This document shows positions 20,059 through 29,719 of a stretch of 64,000 nt of DNA, one piece after another. The stretch's first letter is position 1; the number at the start of each line of letters is the position of its first letter. The position numbers and the translations under genes are program-made. Source of the stretch: an uncultured Desulfarculus sp. (GTDB lineage Bacteria > Desulfobacterota > Desulfarculia > Desulfarculales > Desulfarculaceae); assembly GCA_963665125.2 (NCBI GenBank), contig CAXXUK010000001.1, forward strand, positions 96,001-160,000. The letters run 5' to 3'. Under the pieces are notes generated by a model. That model was not told the DNA's origin. It did no database searches and worked only from the letters and a program-made list of their open reading frames with translations.

Positions 20059-21438
20059 ATGTCCGATGAACTGGTAAAACGGTTGAAAGTCCTGCTTGGG
20101 GAAGACTGCGTGATGTCGGACCAGGCGGATATGCTGACCTATTCCTATGACGCCGCCGTTCTTGAGCCGGTGATGCCCGCCGTGGCCGTGCGACCCACCA
20201 GCACCGGCCAGTTGGGCCCCATCGTGGAGACGTGCAATAAATACAAAGTGCCCATAACCGTGCGCGGATCGGGCACCAACCTCTCCGGGGGGACCATACC
20301 CGCCGCGGGGGGCGTGGTGTTGTTGACCGGCGCGTTGAACCGGATCGTCGAGATCAACCCGGCGGATATGTACGCCATTGTTGAGCCGGGCGTTGTCACG
20401 GCCCGTTTCGCCGCCGAGGCGGCAAAACACGGGCTGTTCTATCCGCCCGATCCGGGCAGTCAGGCCGTGTCCACCCTGGGCGGCAATGTGGCCGAAAACG
20501 CCGGGGGCCTGCGCGGCCTCAAATACGGCGTCACCCGGGACTATGTCATGGGCCTGCAGTTCTGCGACAGCCAGGGCGGCTTGGTGAAAAGCGGCTCGCG
20601 CACGGTGAAATGCGTCACCGGCTACAACCTGGCCGGGCTTTTCGTGGGCAGCGAGGGCACCCTGGGCGTGGTCAGCGAGATAACCCTGAAACTGGTGCCG
20701 CCGCCCCAGGCCAACCGGGCCATGATGGCCACATTCGCCAGCGTCGACGCGGCGGGGCGAACCGTGGCCGAGATCATCGCGGCCCGCATCGTGCCCGCCA
20801 CCTTGGAGCTGATGGACAATTTCACCATCAGGGCGGTGGAGGACTATGCCAAGGCCGGGCTGCCCGTTGACGCGGCTGCGCTGTTGCTCTTCGAGGTCGA
20901 CGGCCATCCGGCCCAGGTGGAGGACGAGGCCCGCATGGTGCAGAAGATCTGCCGGGATCAGGGCGCATCGGATGTGCAGGTGGCAAGCGACGCGGCCCAG
21001 CGGGACAAGGTCTGGGAGGCCCGGCGGGCCGCGCTCTCGGCCCTGGCCCAGCGCAAACCTACCCTGGTGTTGGAAGACGCCACTGTGCCCAGGTCCAAGA
21101 TTCCGGCCATGCTGGCGGCCATCGACGGCATTGCCGCGGAATTCGGCCTGACCATCGGCACATTCGGCCATGCCGGGGACGGCAACCTGCACCCCACCAT
21201 CCTCTGCGACAAGCGCGACCAAAAGCAGTGGCACCGGGTGGAGCAGGCCATCGACGCCCTGTTTGACAAGGCCCTGGCCCTGGGCGGCACCCTTTCGGGA
21301 GAGCACGGCATCGGCCTGGCCAAGAGGCGCTATCTGGAACAGGAGACCAGCGCGGCCACCATCGCCTGGTCAAAGCGGATGAAGGCGGCCCTTGACCCCA
21401 ACAACATCCTCAACCCCGGCAAGATAATAGGCGGTTGA
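20059..21438 (+). CDS. FAD-binding oxidoreductase, GlcD-like (D-lactate dehydrogenase flavoprotein subunit)
   Basis: RGSGTNLSGG, YPPDPGS, GSEGTLG, FGHAGDGNLH, SGEHGIG, LNPGK. Confidence 0.9.
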   Translation: MSDELVKRLKVLLGEDCVMSDQADMLTYSYDAAVLEPVMPAVAVRPTSTGQLGPIVETCNKYKVPITVRGSGTNLSGGTIPAAGGVVLLTGALNRIVEINPADMYAIVEPGVVTARFAAEAAKHGLFYPPDPGSQAVSTLGGNVAENAGGLRGLKYGVTRDYVMGLQFCDSQGGLVKSGSRTVKCVTGYNLAGLFVGSEGTLGVVSEITLKLVPPPQANRAMMATFASVDAAGRTVAEIIAARIVPATLELMDNFTIRAVEDYAKAGLPVDAAALLLFEVDGHPAQVEDEARMVQKICRDQGASDVQVASDAAQRDKVWEARRAALSALAQRKPTLVLEDATVPRSKIPAMLAAIDGIAAEFGLTIGTFGHAGDGNLHPTILCDKRDQKQWHRVEQAIDALFDKALALGGTLSGEHGIGLAKRRYLEQETSAATIAWSKRMKAALDPNNILNPGKIIGG

Positions 21439-21440
21439 TC

Positions 21441-22763
21441 ATGGGCGATATAGCTAATCTCGGGGCCATGATGGGGCAGTTGGAGGAGCAACTGACCCAG
21501 TGCATGCGTTGCGGCCTGTGCCAGTCGGTATGCCCGCTGTATGCCCAGACCGGCCGGGAGGCCGATGTGGCCAGGGGCAAGCTGGCCCTGCTGGACGGAC
21601 TGGCCAAGCAGCTTTTGGAAGACCCCCAAGGGGCCAGGGATCGGGTTGAGCGTTGCCTGCTCTGCGGTTCGTGCGCGGCCAATTGCCCCAGCGGCGTCAG
21701 CGCCCTGGAGATATTCCTGAAGGCCCGGGCCATCCTCAGCGGCTACATGGGCCTGTCACCCGTGAAAAAGGCCGTGTTCCGGGGCATGTTGGCCCGTCCG
21801 GCCCTGTTCCACCGGCTCATGGCCCTGGCCCCCAAGTTTCAGGTCATCTTCGGCAGACCTGCCGACGACCTGTTGGGCACTTCCTGCGCACGCCTGGAGT
21901 GGCCCCTGGGGAAAAGGCATTTCCGGCGGCTGGCCGGGCAGCCTTTTCAAGTTGAGGCGCCCGCGTTGCAAAAGCCGGAAGGCGGCTCGGGCATGACGGT
22001 GGCCTTTTTTACCGGCTGCCTGATTGACAAGCTATATCCTCAGGTGGGCCGGGCTACGGCCAAGGCCCTGGCGCATCACGGCGTGGGCCTGCAAATCCCG
22101 GAAAATCAGGCTTGTTGCGGCATCCCGGCCCTGTCGGCCGGTGATATCCGGGCCTTTGAAAAAATGCTGCGCCACAACCTGCAATTATTCGATCCCGGGC
22201 GCTTTGATTACCTACTCACCTCTTGCGCCACCTGCACCTCGACCATAAAAAAACTCTGGCCCGCCATGAGCGGCGGACTGCCCCAGACCCTCCGGGACCA
22301 AGTGGCGGCTTTGGCGGATAAAACCAGGGATATCAGCCAGCTTTTGGTGGACAGCGGCCTGCTGGGCCAGACCGGGCCGCAGGCTGGAACTGGTGGCCAA
22401 TCCGCAAGGGTCACCTATCATGATCCCTGTCATTTGCGCAAATCCCTGGGTGTGTGGCAGCAGCCCAGAGAGGTGCTGCGGCATTCGCCGGGCGTGGATC
22501 TGGTGGAAATGGCCGAGCCGGAGTGGTGCTGCGGCATGGGCGGCAGCTTTAATCTGCAGCACTATGATCTCTCGGCGGCTATTGGCGAGCGCAAACTGGG
22601 CAATATCCGTGGTTCGGGAGCATCAATAGTGGCCACCTCATGCCCGGCCTGCATGAGCCAGATCAGCGACGGCCTTTCCCGCTCCGGTGGCGGAGTCGCG
22701 GTCAAGCACGTTATCGAGCTATACGCCGACGGCCTGATTGATGCAGATAAATCGCAGTCATGA
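21441..22763 (+). CDS. Fe-S binding protein, GlcF-like (CCG domains)
   Basis: CMRCGLCQSVCP, CLLCGSCAANCP, CCG, TYHDPCHL. Confidence 0.88.
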   Translation: MGDIANLGAMMGQLEEQLTQCMRCGLCQSVCPLYAQTGREADVARGKLALLDGLAKQLLEDPQGARDRVERCLLCGSCAANCPSGVSALEIFLKARAILSGYMGLSPVKKAVFRGMLARPALFHRLMALAPKFQVIFGRPADDLLGTSCARLEWPLGKRHFRRLAGQPFQVEAPALQKPEGGSGMTVAFFTGCLIDKLYPQVGRATAKALAHHGVGLQIPENQACCGIPALSAGDIRAFEKMLRHNLQLFDPGRFDYLLTSCATCTSTIKKLWPAMSGGLPQTLRDQVAALADKTRDISQLLVDSGLLGQTGPQAGTGGQSARVTYHDPCHLRKSLGVWQQPREVLRHSPGVDLVEMAEPEWCCGMGGSFNLQHYDLSAAIGERKLGNIRGSGASIVATSCPACMSQISDGLSRSGGGVAVKHVIELYADGLIDADKSQS

Positions 22764-22818
22764 CGGGCGGCTGTGGACAATAGTCGGCCGGTGTGATAAT
22801 AAATGCTGCGTAATGGTT

Positions 22819-22895
<77 letters not shown>

Positions 22896-22906
22896 TAATG
22901 ATATCA

Positions 22907-22949
22907 AGAAGTTAGGACCTCTTCGGAGGTCCTAACTTCTTTTGTTTTG
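22907..22949 (+). terminator. Intrinsic terminator after the tRNA
   Basis: AGAAGTTAGGACCTC-TTCG-GAGGTCCTAACTTCT followed by a T tract; overlaps IHF-consensus TATCAAGAAGTTA. Confidence 0.85.
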
Positions 22950-23347
22950 TACCCCATTCCCCACACTATTCCCCACATGAATAATGAAAATTTGCTGCCG
23001 AAGTAGCCATTCGCCTCAATACCTTTGCCTTCTGACTACGGGTTCTCTTCGTGCCACAACGCCTGGTGTTGCCAGTCTCTTTTAATGCCCAAGCGCGATG
23101 TTTCATAGTGCTTCTCCCGGCGCATCAGCCAAGGACGTTACGCCTTTAGCTACCCTGATAAACTATTGGCCTGGGTAGATGACTGATATAGCGCATAAAA
23201 TAAGAAAAAGGACGCTCGGCGGGCGAGGTTGAGATGAAAAAAATGGTCACCTGTTAGTCCAAGTGGGTACCTGTTGGTCCAACCGCATCTTCTTATCCTC
23301 CTACAGGCTCGGTAAGCTGGAACCAGACGTTGAGCAAGGAGGCCGCA

Positions 23348-23554
23348 ATGGACACAAGATTTCTAACCCCGGCAGAAGCCGCCCAGTACTTAAGAACCTC
23401 AGCTGCCGCCCTGGCTAATCATAGGTATCGGGGCACAGGACCGCCGTACCTCAAATTTGGCAGACGGGTTCTATACGATCTCAGGGACATCCAGATCTGG
23501 GTGGATGGTCACAAAGTGGAAATGATCCAGCATCCCAGAACAATGGCGCTATAG
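23348..23554 (+). CDS. Excisionase-like helix-turn-helix protein (HTH_17/AlpA-like)
   Basis: FLTPAEAAQYL...GPPYLKFGRRVLY pattern; AAGGAGG RBS. Confidence 0.85.
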   Translation: MDTRFLTPAEAAQYLRTSAAALANHRYRGTGPPYLKFGRRVLYDLRDIQIWVDGHKVEMIQHPRTMAL

Positions 23555-23580
23555 CACGCTCCAAGGATAAGGAAACCATC

Positions 23581-23964
23581 ATGACCTCAAAGAAGCAGAT
23601 AACGGCAAATCGCAAGAACGCCCAGAAATCCACCGGTGCCAAAACTGAGAGGGGTAAGGAGAACAGTAAAATGAACGCCTTGAAGCATGGCCTTACGGCC
23701 AGAGAGATACTTCTGCCAGGTGAAAATGAGATGCATTTCAAGGAGCTAAGAAAAGCCTTGAGGCGAGAGTACAAACCTGAGACCGCCACCCAAGAGGTTT
23801 GCTTCAGGCAAGTAGTCTTGAGCGCCTGGAGTTTACTACGTGCCGCCAAGGCTGACCCCTTCATCATAAAGGGTTTTATGAAGGAAAAAGGCGTGAATAA
23901 CAACGGTAATGAAGAAGATGCCCTATGCGAGGCACTGGTCCAGTCCATCTCTGATGGCAAGTGA
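23581..23964 (+). pseudogene. Hypothetical protein with ANRxNAQKSTG...NALKHGL motif, truncated by IS3
   Basis: Its TGA stop (23962-23964) is the first three bases of the IS3 terminal repeat. Confidence 0.7.
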
Positions 23965-23991
23965 TCTTCCCCCATTTTTGTGGACACGTAG

Positions 23992-24855
23992 TTAAGCAGC
24001 CATGTTGATCATCTCATATTGAGCCGGGTTCATGTACCCCAGAGCTGAGTGTTTGCGGCTGCGGTTGTAGAAGACTTCGATGTACTCAAAGATGTCAGCC
24101 TTGGCCTGCGTCCTGCTCAGATAATCTTTATGCGCCACCAGTTCGGTTTTCAGGGAATGAAACCAGCTTTCCATGGGCGCGTTATCCCAGCAGTCGCCCT
24201 TGCGGCTCATGCTGCATATCATGCGGTGCGACTTCAGCTTTTTGCGATAGGCCTTGCTGGCATATTGACGTCCTTGATCTGAATGATGGATCAGCCCCGG
24301 CCCCGGCCTCCGCCGGTCCACCGCCATGTTCAGAGCATCGAGCACCAGCTTTTTGGTCATGCGGCTCGACATGGACCAGCCCACGATCAGCTTGGAATAA
24401 AGATCCAGGACGGCCGCCAGGTACAGCCAGCCTTCACGAGTAGGAATGTAGGTTATATCAGCCAGCCATTTTTGATCAGGGCCGTCCGCTTCAAAGTCCC
24501 GCCCCAGGATATTGGGGGCTGCCAGGTGGCCGTGATTGGAATCCGTGGTGGCCTTGTACTTTTTCTTCTGCTTGGCAGCGATGCCGTTATCGCGCATTAA
24601 TCGAGCCACCCGGTTCTCGCTCACATGGATTTCACGATCCTTGAGTTCCGCCTGTATCCGGGGGCTTCCGTACACGCCACGATTTTCTTTATGAATGGCC
24701 TTGATCTCGACAACGAGCCTCCGGTTCTCTCGCGCCCGGCTGCTTTCCGGCCGGTTCAGCCAAGCGTAGTACCCGCTGGCTGACACCTCCAAAATCCGGC
24801 ACATACGCCTGATCTGGAATCCTTCACTCTGATCCCTGATGAACTGAAACTTCAT
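23992..24855 (-). CDS. IS3 transposase OrfB (DDE)
   Basis: WLADITY, HHSDQG, DNAPMES, YNRSRKHSALG. Confidence 0.93.
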   Translation of the reverse strand: MKFQFIRDQSEGFQIRRMCRILEVSASGYYAWLNRPESSRARENRRLVVEIKAIHKENRGVYGSPRIQAELKDREIHVSENRVARLMRDNGIAAKQKKKYKATTDSNHGHLAAPNILGRDFEADGPDQKWLADITYIPTREGWLYLAAVLDLYSKLIVGWSMSSRMTKKLVLDALNMAVDRRRPGPGLIHHSDQGRQYASKAYRKKLKSHRMICSMSRKGDCWDNAPMESWFHSLKTELVAHKDYLSRTQAKADIFEYIEVFYNRSRKHSALGYMNPAQYEMINMAA

Positions 24856-25148
24856 TTTGGCATCCGCGAGAAGATGCCGATGGCTTTTTTTAATATGTCA
24901 CGCTCCTGGCGTACAATGGCCAGTTCGCGTCTCAGATGGGCTAGCTCCTCATCTTGCGGCTTTAAATTGCCCTTGCCTGGGAAGGCCTGCTCAGGGTCTG
25001 CTTCGAGCTGCTTCTTCCAGCGGCCCAGCACGGTCTGGCTGATGCCAAGGTCCCTGGCCGCCTGGGAAATGCTCAAACCTCCCTCGGTGACCAAGGCCAC
25101 GGCTTCGATCTTGAACTCCCGGCTATAACTCCTGCGTCTGTTGCCCAT
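24852..25148 (-). CDS. IS3 transposase OrfA
   Basis: YSREFKIEAV HTH, ERDILKKA; A7G -1 frameshift motif at 24884-24891. Confidence 0.92.
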   Translation of the reverse strand: MGNRRRSYSREFKIEAVALVTEGGLSISQAARDLGISQTVLGRWKKQLEADPEQAFPGKGNLKPQDEELAHLRRELAIVRQERDILKKAIGIFSRMPK

Positions 25149-25216
25149 TCAACACCTCCAAGCAATTCATATCATGCTTTTCGAGGTGTCCACAATTTCA
25201 GGGGAACTTCAATACA

Positions 25217-25263
25217 CCATATGCCTGAAGGCCAAACTGTCAACGCAATTAGTGACTAGGACA
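25217..25263 (+). mobile_element. Isolated right end of an IS481-family element
   Basis: 47 bp matching 61186-61232 with 2 mismatches and ending in GACTAGGACA. Confidence 0.88.
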
Positions 25264-26094
25264 ATATAATCGTATTGGGTGGCTCTTATAGCCTGCCTTT
25301 TCCTTTGCGGTTGTCCAGGCCGTTTTCAGGCTATTGATATTCCGGCCATTATAATGGATTACCCACGGTATGTTTGCAGCTTTGTCTTGTTCATATCTGA
25401 GTTTAGCTCTTTCCATGAACGACTTTTGAAGGGACACACGCTTCAAACCTGCGTTCTTACCCTGCACGATTTCAACATAACCTGAGCGCCATTTGAAGCT
25501 ATCCCACTTCAACTGTAGCAGTTCGACCTTACCTGGCCTGAGGGCCAAATTAAGGCTGACCTCCATGGCCCATTTCAAATGAGGGGCGGCATGTTCCATG
25601 ATCTTCCTGAAGTCATCAACTGTAGTGGAAACCACAAAGGGCTCTTCCTTGAGCTTGGATGCTCCCTGCCACGGATTTCTGAGGATCAGTTCCTGCTCCA
25701 CACCCCAATTCAGAATGGCCTTGATGTAAGTGAACGCCCGATTGATAGTAGAAGCTTTAAGGTGCTTCAATCTCAACCGCATCGCTTCGAGATCTCTACG
25801 GCTAATTTTGTCGCAGGGTTTTTCAATGAAGCTTTTGCAGGCATTGGCCAAATATCTGACCATATCTTTCCTTGTTTGTTGAGAAAGCCTGTCTGCCACT
25901 GACTCAAAATAGTGGTCAGCCAATTCTGCTAAGGTTGGTACTTGGTTTTCTGCTCTGGCGAGGGCTTTCTTCAATTCGCTGTCAAAGTCTCTGGCCTGTG
26001 CTTCACCGTCTTTGCCAAAGCTTTTCGTTGTCCACTTACCGTTGTTTTTGTATTTGACGAACCAATAGCCGTCCTTTCTTTGATGTACTGACAT
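25264..26094 (-). pseudogene. Tyrosine integrase of island A, C-terminally truncated
   Basis: Paralog of 49711-50727; breaks after IRLY, just before the DLRH box, so LGH and the catalytic Tyr are lost. Confidence 0.9.
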
Positions 26095-26121
26095 GATTTA
26101 CACTTCCAATACAACCCAGGT

Positions 26122-26328
26122 CTAAGACCAGCGCTGTTTGAGGTCAACGCCGGTTACGGCGGCTTTTCTGGATTTCAAGGCGGGTAGGATCGCCTCTATC
26201 GCATCGGTGTGGAACTTGATGGCATCAAGGTGCTCACGAATTTCAGCGATCTGTTCCTTTGATATGGGAGGTTCGAAGGTAATTGGGATTTTTGGCTTTT
26301 GTCTCTGGATGTTACTGTTTCTCTTCAT
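26122..26328 (-). CDS. Small conserved island backbone protein (68 aa)
   Basis: Paralog of 50754-50960 (SKEQIAEIR.HLDAIKFHTDAIE); GGAG RBS. Confidence 0.7.
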   Translation of the reverse strand: MKRNSNIQRQKPKIPITFEPPISKEQIAEIREHLDAIKFHTDAIEAILPALKSRKAAVTGVDLKQRWS

Positions 26329-26411
26329 TGGACACTCTCCTGTTTGAGAGTTTGTCCTCCTTTGAGAGAAACGGCTTAAATCTGTGACCGTGGCCTGTTG
26401 TTCCCTCCCCA

Positions 26412-27338
26412 TCAGCTTGGCAGAGCCAATACTTCACCGCCGATGGTCTGCAAGCGGTGGACCGACTCAGCAGGCAAGGCATTGTACTGAGCAGCCTTTG
26501 TGTACGCATTGGCGATCTGCCATATGGTGCTGCCCGGTTCAAAAGCCCATCCCCATTCAACTGCCTGCTGCTCCATTTCAGACAGCAGGAATCGACGGTT
26601 GATTGACTCCATGGTCTTACCTGGCTCCTAGACGGGGGTTTCCATGGAGATCCTGATGCGGCTGCTCTGAATGCTGGCTTCGCTACGAACCGATGAAATC
26701 GTTTCGGGCAGGCACTCCAAAGCCTTTTGGGAAATATGACGGTATGACGATGAGGTTTTGCTCCGGGTGACCATCCCGTTGGTGCATACCAGACGCAGGA
26801 AGAATGCCTCGATCTTCAGCGATGCCAAGCCGACTTCGCTGTTGGAAATGGATATTCCCGGCGATAGTTCATCGCCGAGTATCTTGACGCTTCGCGGGTC
26901 GGGGATGTTCAGGCTCATGAACTGGCTGTCCAGGCTGACATGCACCATGGTGGCTTCGCCATAGCCAAGCTGCATCAGCGCATCAAGGACATGGTGATTG
27001 TCAATTGGCTTGTAGCGCGGAGTGAAGATGGCCCTTACATTGTTGCCGTCAAACCTAAAGAACAACTCATCCTGAGGCTCATCCTGAAGCCAGTGGGCCA
27101 ACTGCTGGGCCTGTAAACCCTCCGGGCAGCGCCTGAGGTAGTTGAATGGGATGCCCAGACGGTTGGATATGGAACGCTGTGCGATTTGTTCCAGAGGATG
27201 AACCTGATCACCGATGCGGACGGCATCCAGACTTTCAAATTTGAGGTCATTCACCGGCACATGACGGTCATGACGGTGATGACGATGCTTCTCATGTACC
27301 TCGTGTGACAAGGCACCGAGGGTGGTGGACAAAGGCAT
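26412..27338 (-). pseudogene. DUF932-family protein interrupted by an in-frame TAG at 26628-26630
   Basis: Same 927-bp length as the intact paralog 51042-51968, where this codon is GAG; NSEVG...RLVCTNGM motif. Confidence 0.85.
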
Positions 27339-27400
27339 AGTTGTCTCCTTGATTTATCTCAATTTGGATATTGGGGAATTGATGAAGGAAGGGCTGAAGA

Positions 27401-27601
27401 TTACCGACGGAGCAATCTGAGGGCGATTGCCGCCAAAATTCGCATGGTTTTACCCAAGACAGTTCTGGTGGTTTCGATCAAAATTGGGAAGGTAGATTTG
27501 ATTGCGGATATGATGATCTGCAAGAGGCCTTCCCGGATGGTCTCTTTGAACGATCGCTTTGATTTCCTGATAGGCATACTCAGGGTCAGATGGTTTTCCA
27601 T
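27401..27601 (-). CDS. Small conserved island backbone protein (66 aa)
   Basis: Paralog of 52032-52220 (STFPI.IETT...MR.LAAIALRLLRR); AGGAG RBS. Confidence 0.65.
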   Translation of the reverse strand: MENHLTLSMPIRKSKRSFKETIREGLLQIIISAIKSTFPILIETTRTVLGKTMRILAAIALRLLRR

Positions 27602-27815
27602 GTTTTTCTCCTGAAATTTAAGGGGTAAATAGATTTCAGGATTTAATATATATAGTTAAATTAATTGGTTGGGTGGATGGGATGGCTGGGCTGAAAGTTG
27701 CTTAGCATAACCTTTAGTTGCATGGGTGGCAGTTGATTACGCCATGTAGATGCTCCCTGAATATTAAGCCAGGGCTTATTATCAATGAACATCCAACACC
27801 AGCAACATGCATCGA

Positions 27816-27920
27816 TCCGTATTCGAATACATTGGAGTTGACTACAACCGAACCAGGAGGCACAGTGCCAATGGCTACATCAGCCCTCTGGCGTTTAAAA
27901 ATAAAATTGCCGCGTTAAAA
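27816..27920 (+). pseudogene. IS3-family transposase C-terminal remnant
   Basis: Translates SVFEYIGVDYNRTRRHSANGYISPLAF. Confidence 0.75.
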
Positions 27921-27952
27921 CTTTTTCCTGTTTGGGATTGGTTCCATCGAGC

Positions 27953-29593
27953 TTAAGACTTCCCCGCCAAGCCGTATTTCTTGAGTTTACGGTACAGCGT
28001 TGCTGAACCAATCCCGAGCTGTTCTGCAGATCGTGTCTGGTTCCCGCTGTTCAGTTCCATCACCGCAAGGATGTATTCCTTTTCCACATCCCTGAGCGGT
28101 TGGACATTAATTCCGTCAACGACCACTGGTTTGGGGAACGCCTGGCGAATTTCTTCTGGCAGGTCTTCGAAGTCCACGCGATTGCCGCGCGCAAGAGCCA
28201 CGGCTCGCTCCATTGCGTTTTCCAGTTCCCGCACGTTGCCTGGCCATTCGTAGCGAAGGAGTTGATCTGCGGTGCGCGGCGTAAGGGCCGTTATTTTGCG
28301 CCCCATCCGCACAGCGGCATCCGCCAAAAGCACCCGCGCCAGCGGCAAAATGTCCTCCCTTCGATCGCGGAGGGGCGGCACCACGAGTTCGACAACCTTG
28401 AGCCGGTAGTAAAGGTCCTGACGAAAGGCGTTGTCCGCCACACCGTGAGCCAAATCGCGGTTTGTCGCGGCGAGAACCCGAACATCAACTGGTCTACTTA
28501 TGCTTTCCCCCACCCTGCGGATTTCCTGTTCCTGGAGTACACGCAGGAGTTTGACCTGCATCCCCGGCGATATTTCACCGATTTCGTCCAGCAGCAGAGT
28601 CCCATGATTGGCAGACTCGAACAAGCCTTGCCGATCCGATGATGCGTCGGTGAATGCGCCGCGTTTGTGTCCGAAAAGCTCACTTTCAAAAAGCGTCTCG
28701 GTGATCGCGCCGCAGTTTACCGCAATGAAAGGCCCTGCTGCGCGCGTCGATTCGTCGTGAATGAGGCGGGCGATCCGTTCCTTGCCCACTCCGCTCTCTC
28801 CGGTAATGAGCACTGTGGCATCAACCTTGGCCACCCTTTGAGCCAGTTCCACAACCCGCCGCATTTTGGGGCTCTTGGCGATGATCCCCAAGGGCTCATT
28901 AATATCGCGTGTCAAGCCCACCAGCACCTTTTTATGGGCCTGGATTTTTTGCTCAGCGGCTTTCAAAGTTTCCGTGACTCTGCTCAGCGATACGTCGAGG
29001 CACTCCTTGAGGCGCCCAGAGTCGAAGAACGCAAGGTCCTCGGCTCGTTCCTTTCCCCACTCTTCGCGTGTACGTCCCAGAAAGTGACATGCTGCATGGC
29101 CATTGCCAAGGCAGCGGTCCTCAAGAATGTAAATCTCCTTGCCCGTGGTGCGGCTGATGTATCCGCTCATCAATCCGCAAATTGTCCAGCACACGGGTGA
29201 ATCGGATCGTCCGAAGTGCAATAGATGCTGCTCCGCCTCATAGGAGGCAAGCACCATGGAGCCTTTCTTGGTTAGCGGATCATCACTTCCTGGTTGGACG
29301 CGAAAAAGCCCTCCCAAGGTATGGATGTGGGGTCCCGCGCGTCGCCATTCGTCGTCATTGGTCCACACGAATTCCTTTTTCATGGCTTCAGCCATACGCC
29401 ATCCGTGGGCAAAACCAAACTGGGTCAGAACAGCTCGGGCTGCGGTCAGGCCAAAGTTGGCAACCAAATATTGACGCAAAATTCCCATGGCCACCGCATC
29501 AAGCAGGAGCGCACGCTGGCCCGCAAACCGAATCATCCCCCCCTCGGGGTCCAACTCCAGAATTTCCTTGTGGTGCAGGTCTTCCGCTCGCAT
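27953..29593 (-). CDS. Sigma-54-dependent enhancer-binding protein with XylR_N and V4R sensor domains
   Basis: GESGVGKE, GAFTDA variant of GAFTGA, LLLDEIGE, WPGNVRELEN, C-terminal Fis HTH; N-terminal XylR/DmpR-type V4R with SYEAEQH and EDRC...C. Confidence 0.92.
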   Translation of the reverse strand: MRAEDLHHKEILELDPEGGMIRFAGQRALLLDAVAMGILRQYLVANFGLTAARAVLTQFGFAHGWRMAEAMKKEFVWTNDDEWRRAGPHIHTLGGLFRVQPGSDDPLTKKGSMVLASYEAEQHLLHFGRSDSPVCWTICGLMSGYISRTTGKEIYILEDRCLGNGHAACHFLGRTREEWGKERAEDLAFFDSGRLKECLDVSLSRVTETLKAAEQKIQAHKKVLVGLTRDINEPLGIIAKSPKMRRVVELAQRVAKVDATVLITGESGVGKERIARLIHDESTRAAGPFIAVNCGAITETLFESELFGHKRGAFTDASSDRQGLFESANHGTLLLDEIGEISPGMQVKLLRVLQEQEIRRVGESISRPVDVRVLAATNRDLAHGVADNAFRQDLYYRLKVVELVVPPLRDRREDILPLARVLLADAAVRMGRKITALTPRTADQLLRYEWPGNVRELENAMERAVALARGNRVDFEDLPEEIRQAFPKPVVVDGINVQPLRDVEKEYILAVMELNSGNQTRSAEQLGIGSATLYRKLKKYGLAGKS

Positions 29594-29702
29594 CGAGCAC
29601 CTCCATCATATTGAACTAAGTGTACATCACTTTGATTGGTTTTAACAGCCCAATGATTGCAGCTGATATGCGTAACAGTCTGTTAAAACTAGTTAATTTA
29701 TT

Positions 29703-29719
29703 TTGGCATATTATTTGCT
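29703..29719 (+). promoter_or_regulatory. Sigma-54 (-24/-12) promoter
   Basis: TTGGCATATTATTTGCT: GG-N10-GC, divergent from the bEBP gene. Confidence 0.8.

Larger units (their letters stand above)
23962..25211 (-). mobile_element. IS3-family insertion sequence (1250 bp)
   Basis: Terminal IRs TGATCTTCCCCCATTTTTGTGGACAC / TGAAGTTCCCCTGAAATTGTGGACAC; orfA plus orfB; no target duplication visible. Confidence 0.93.
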
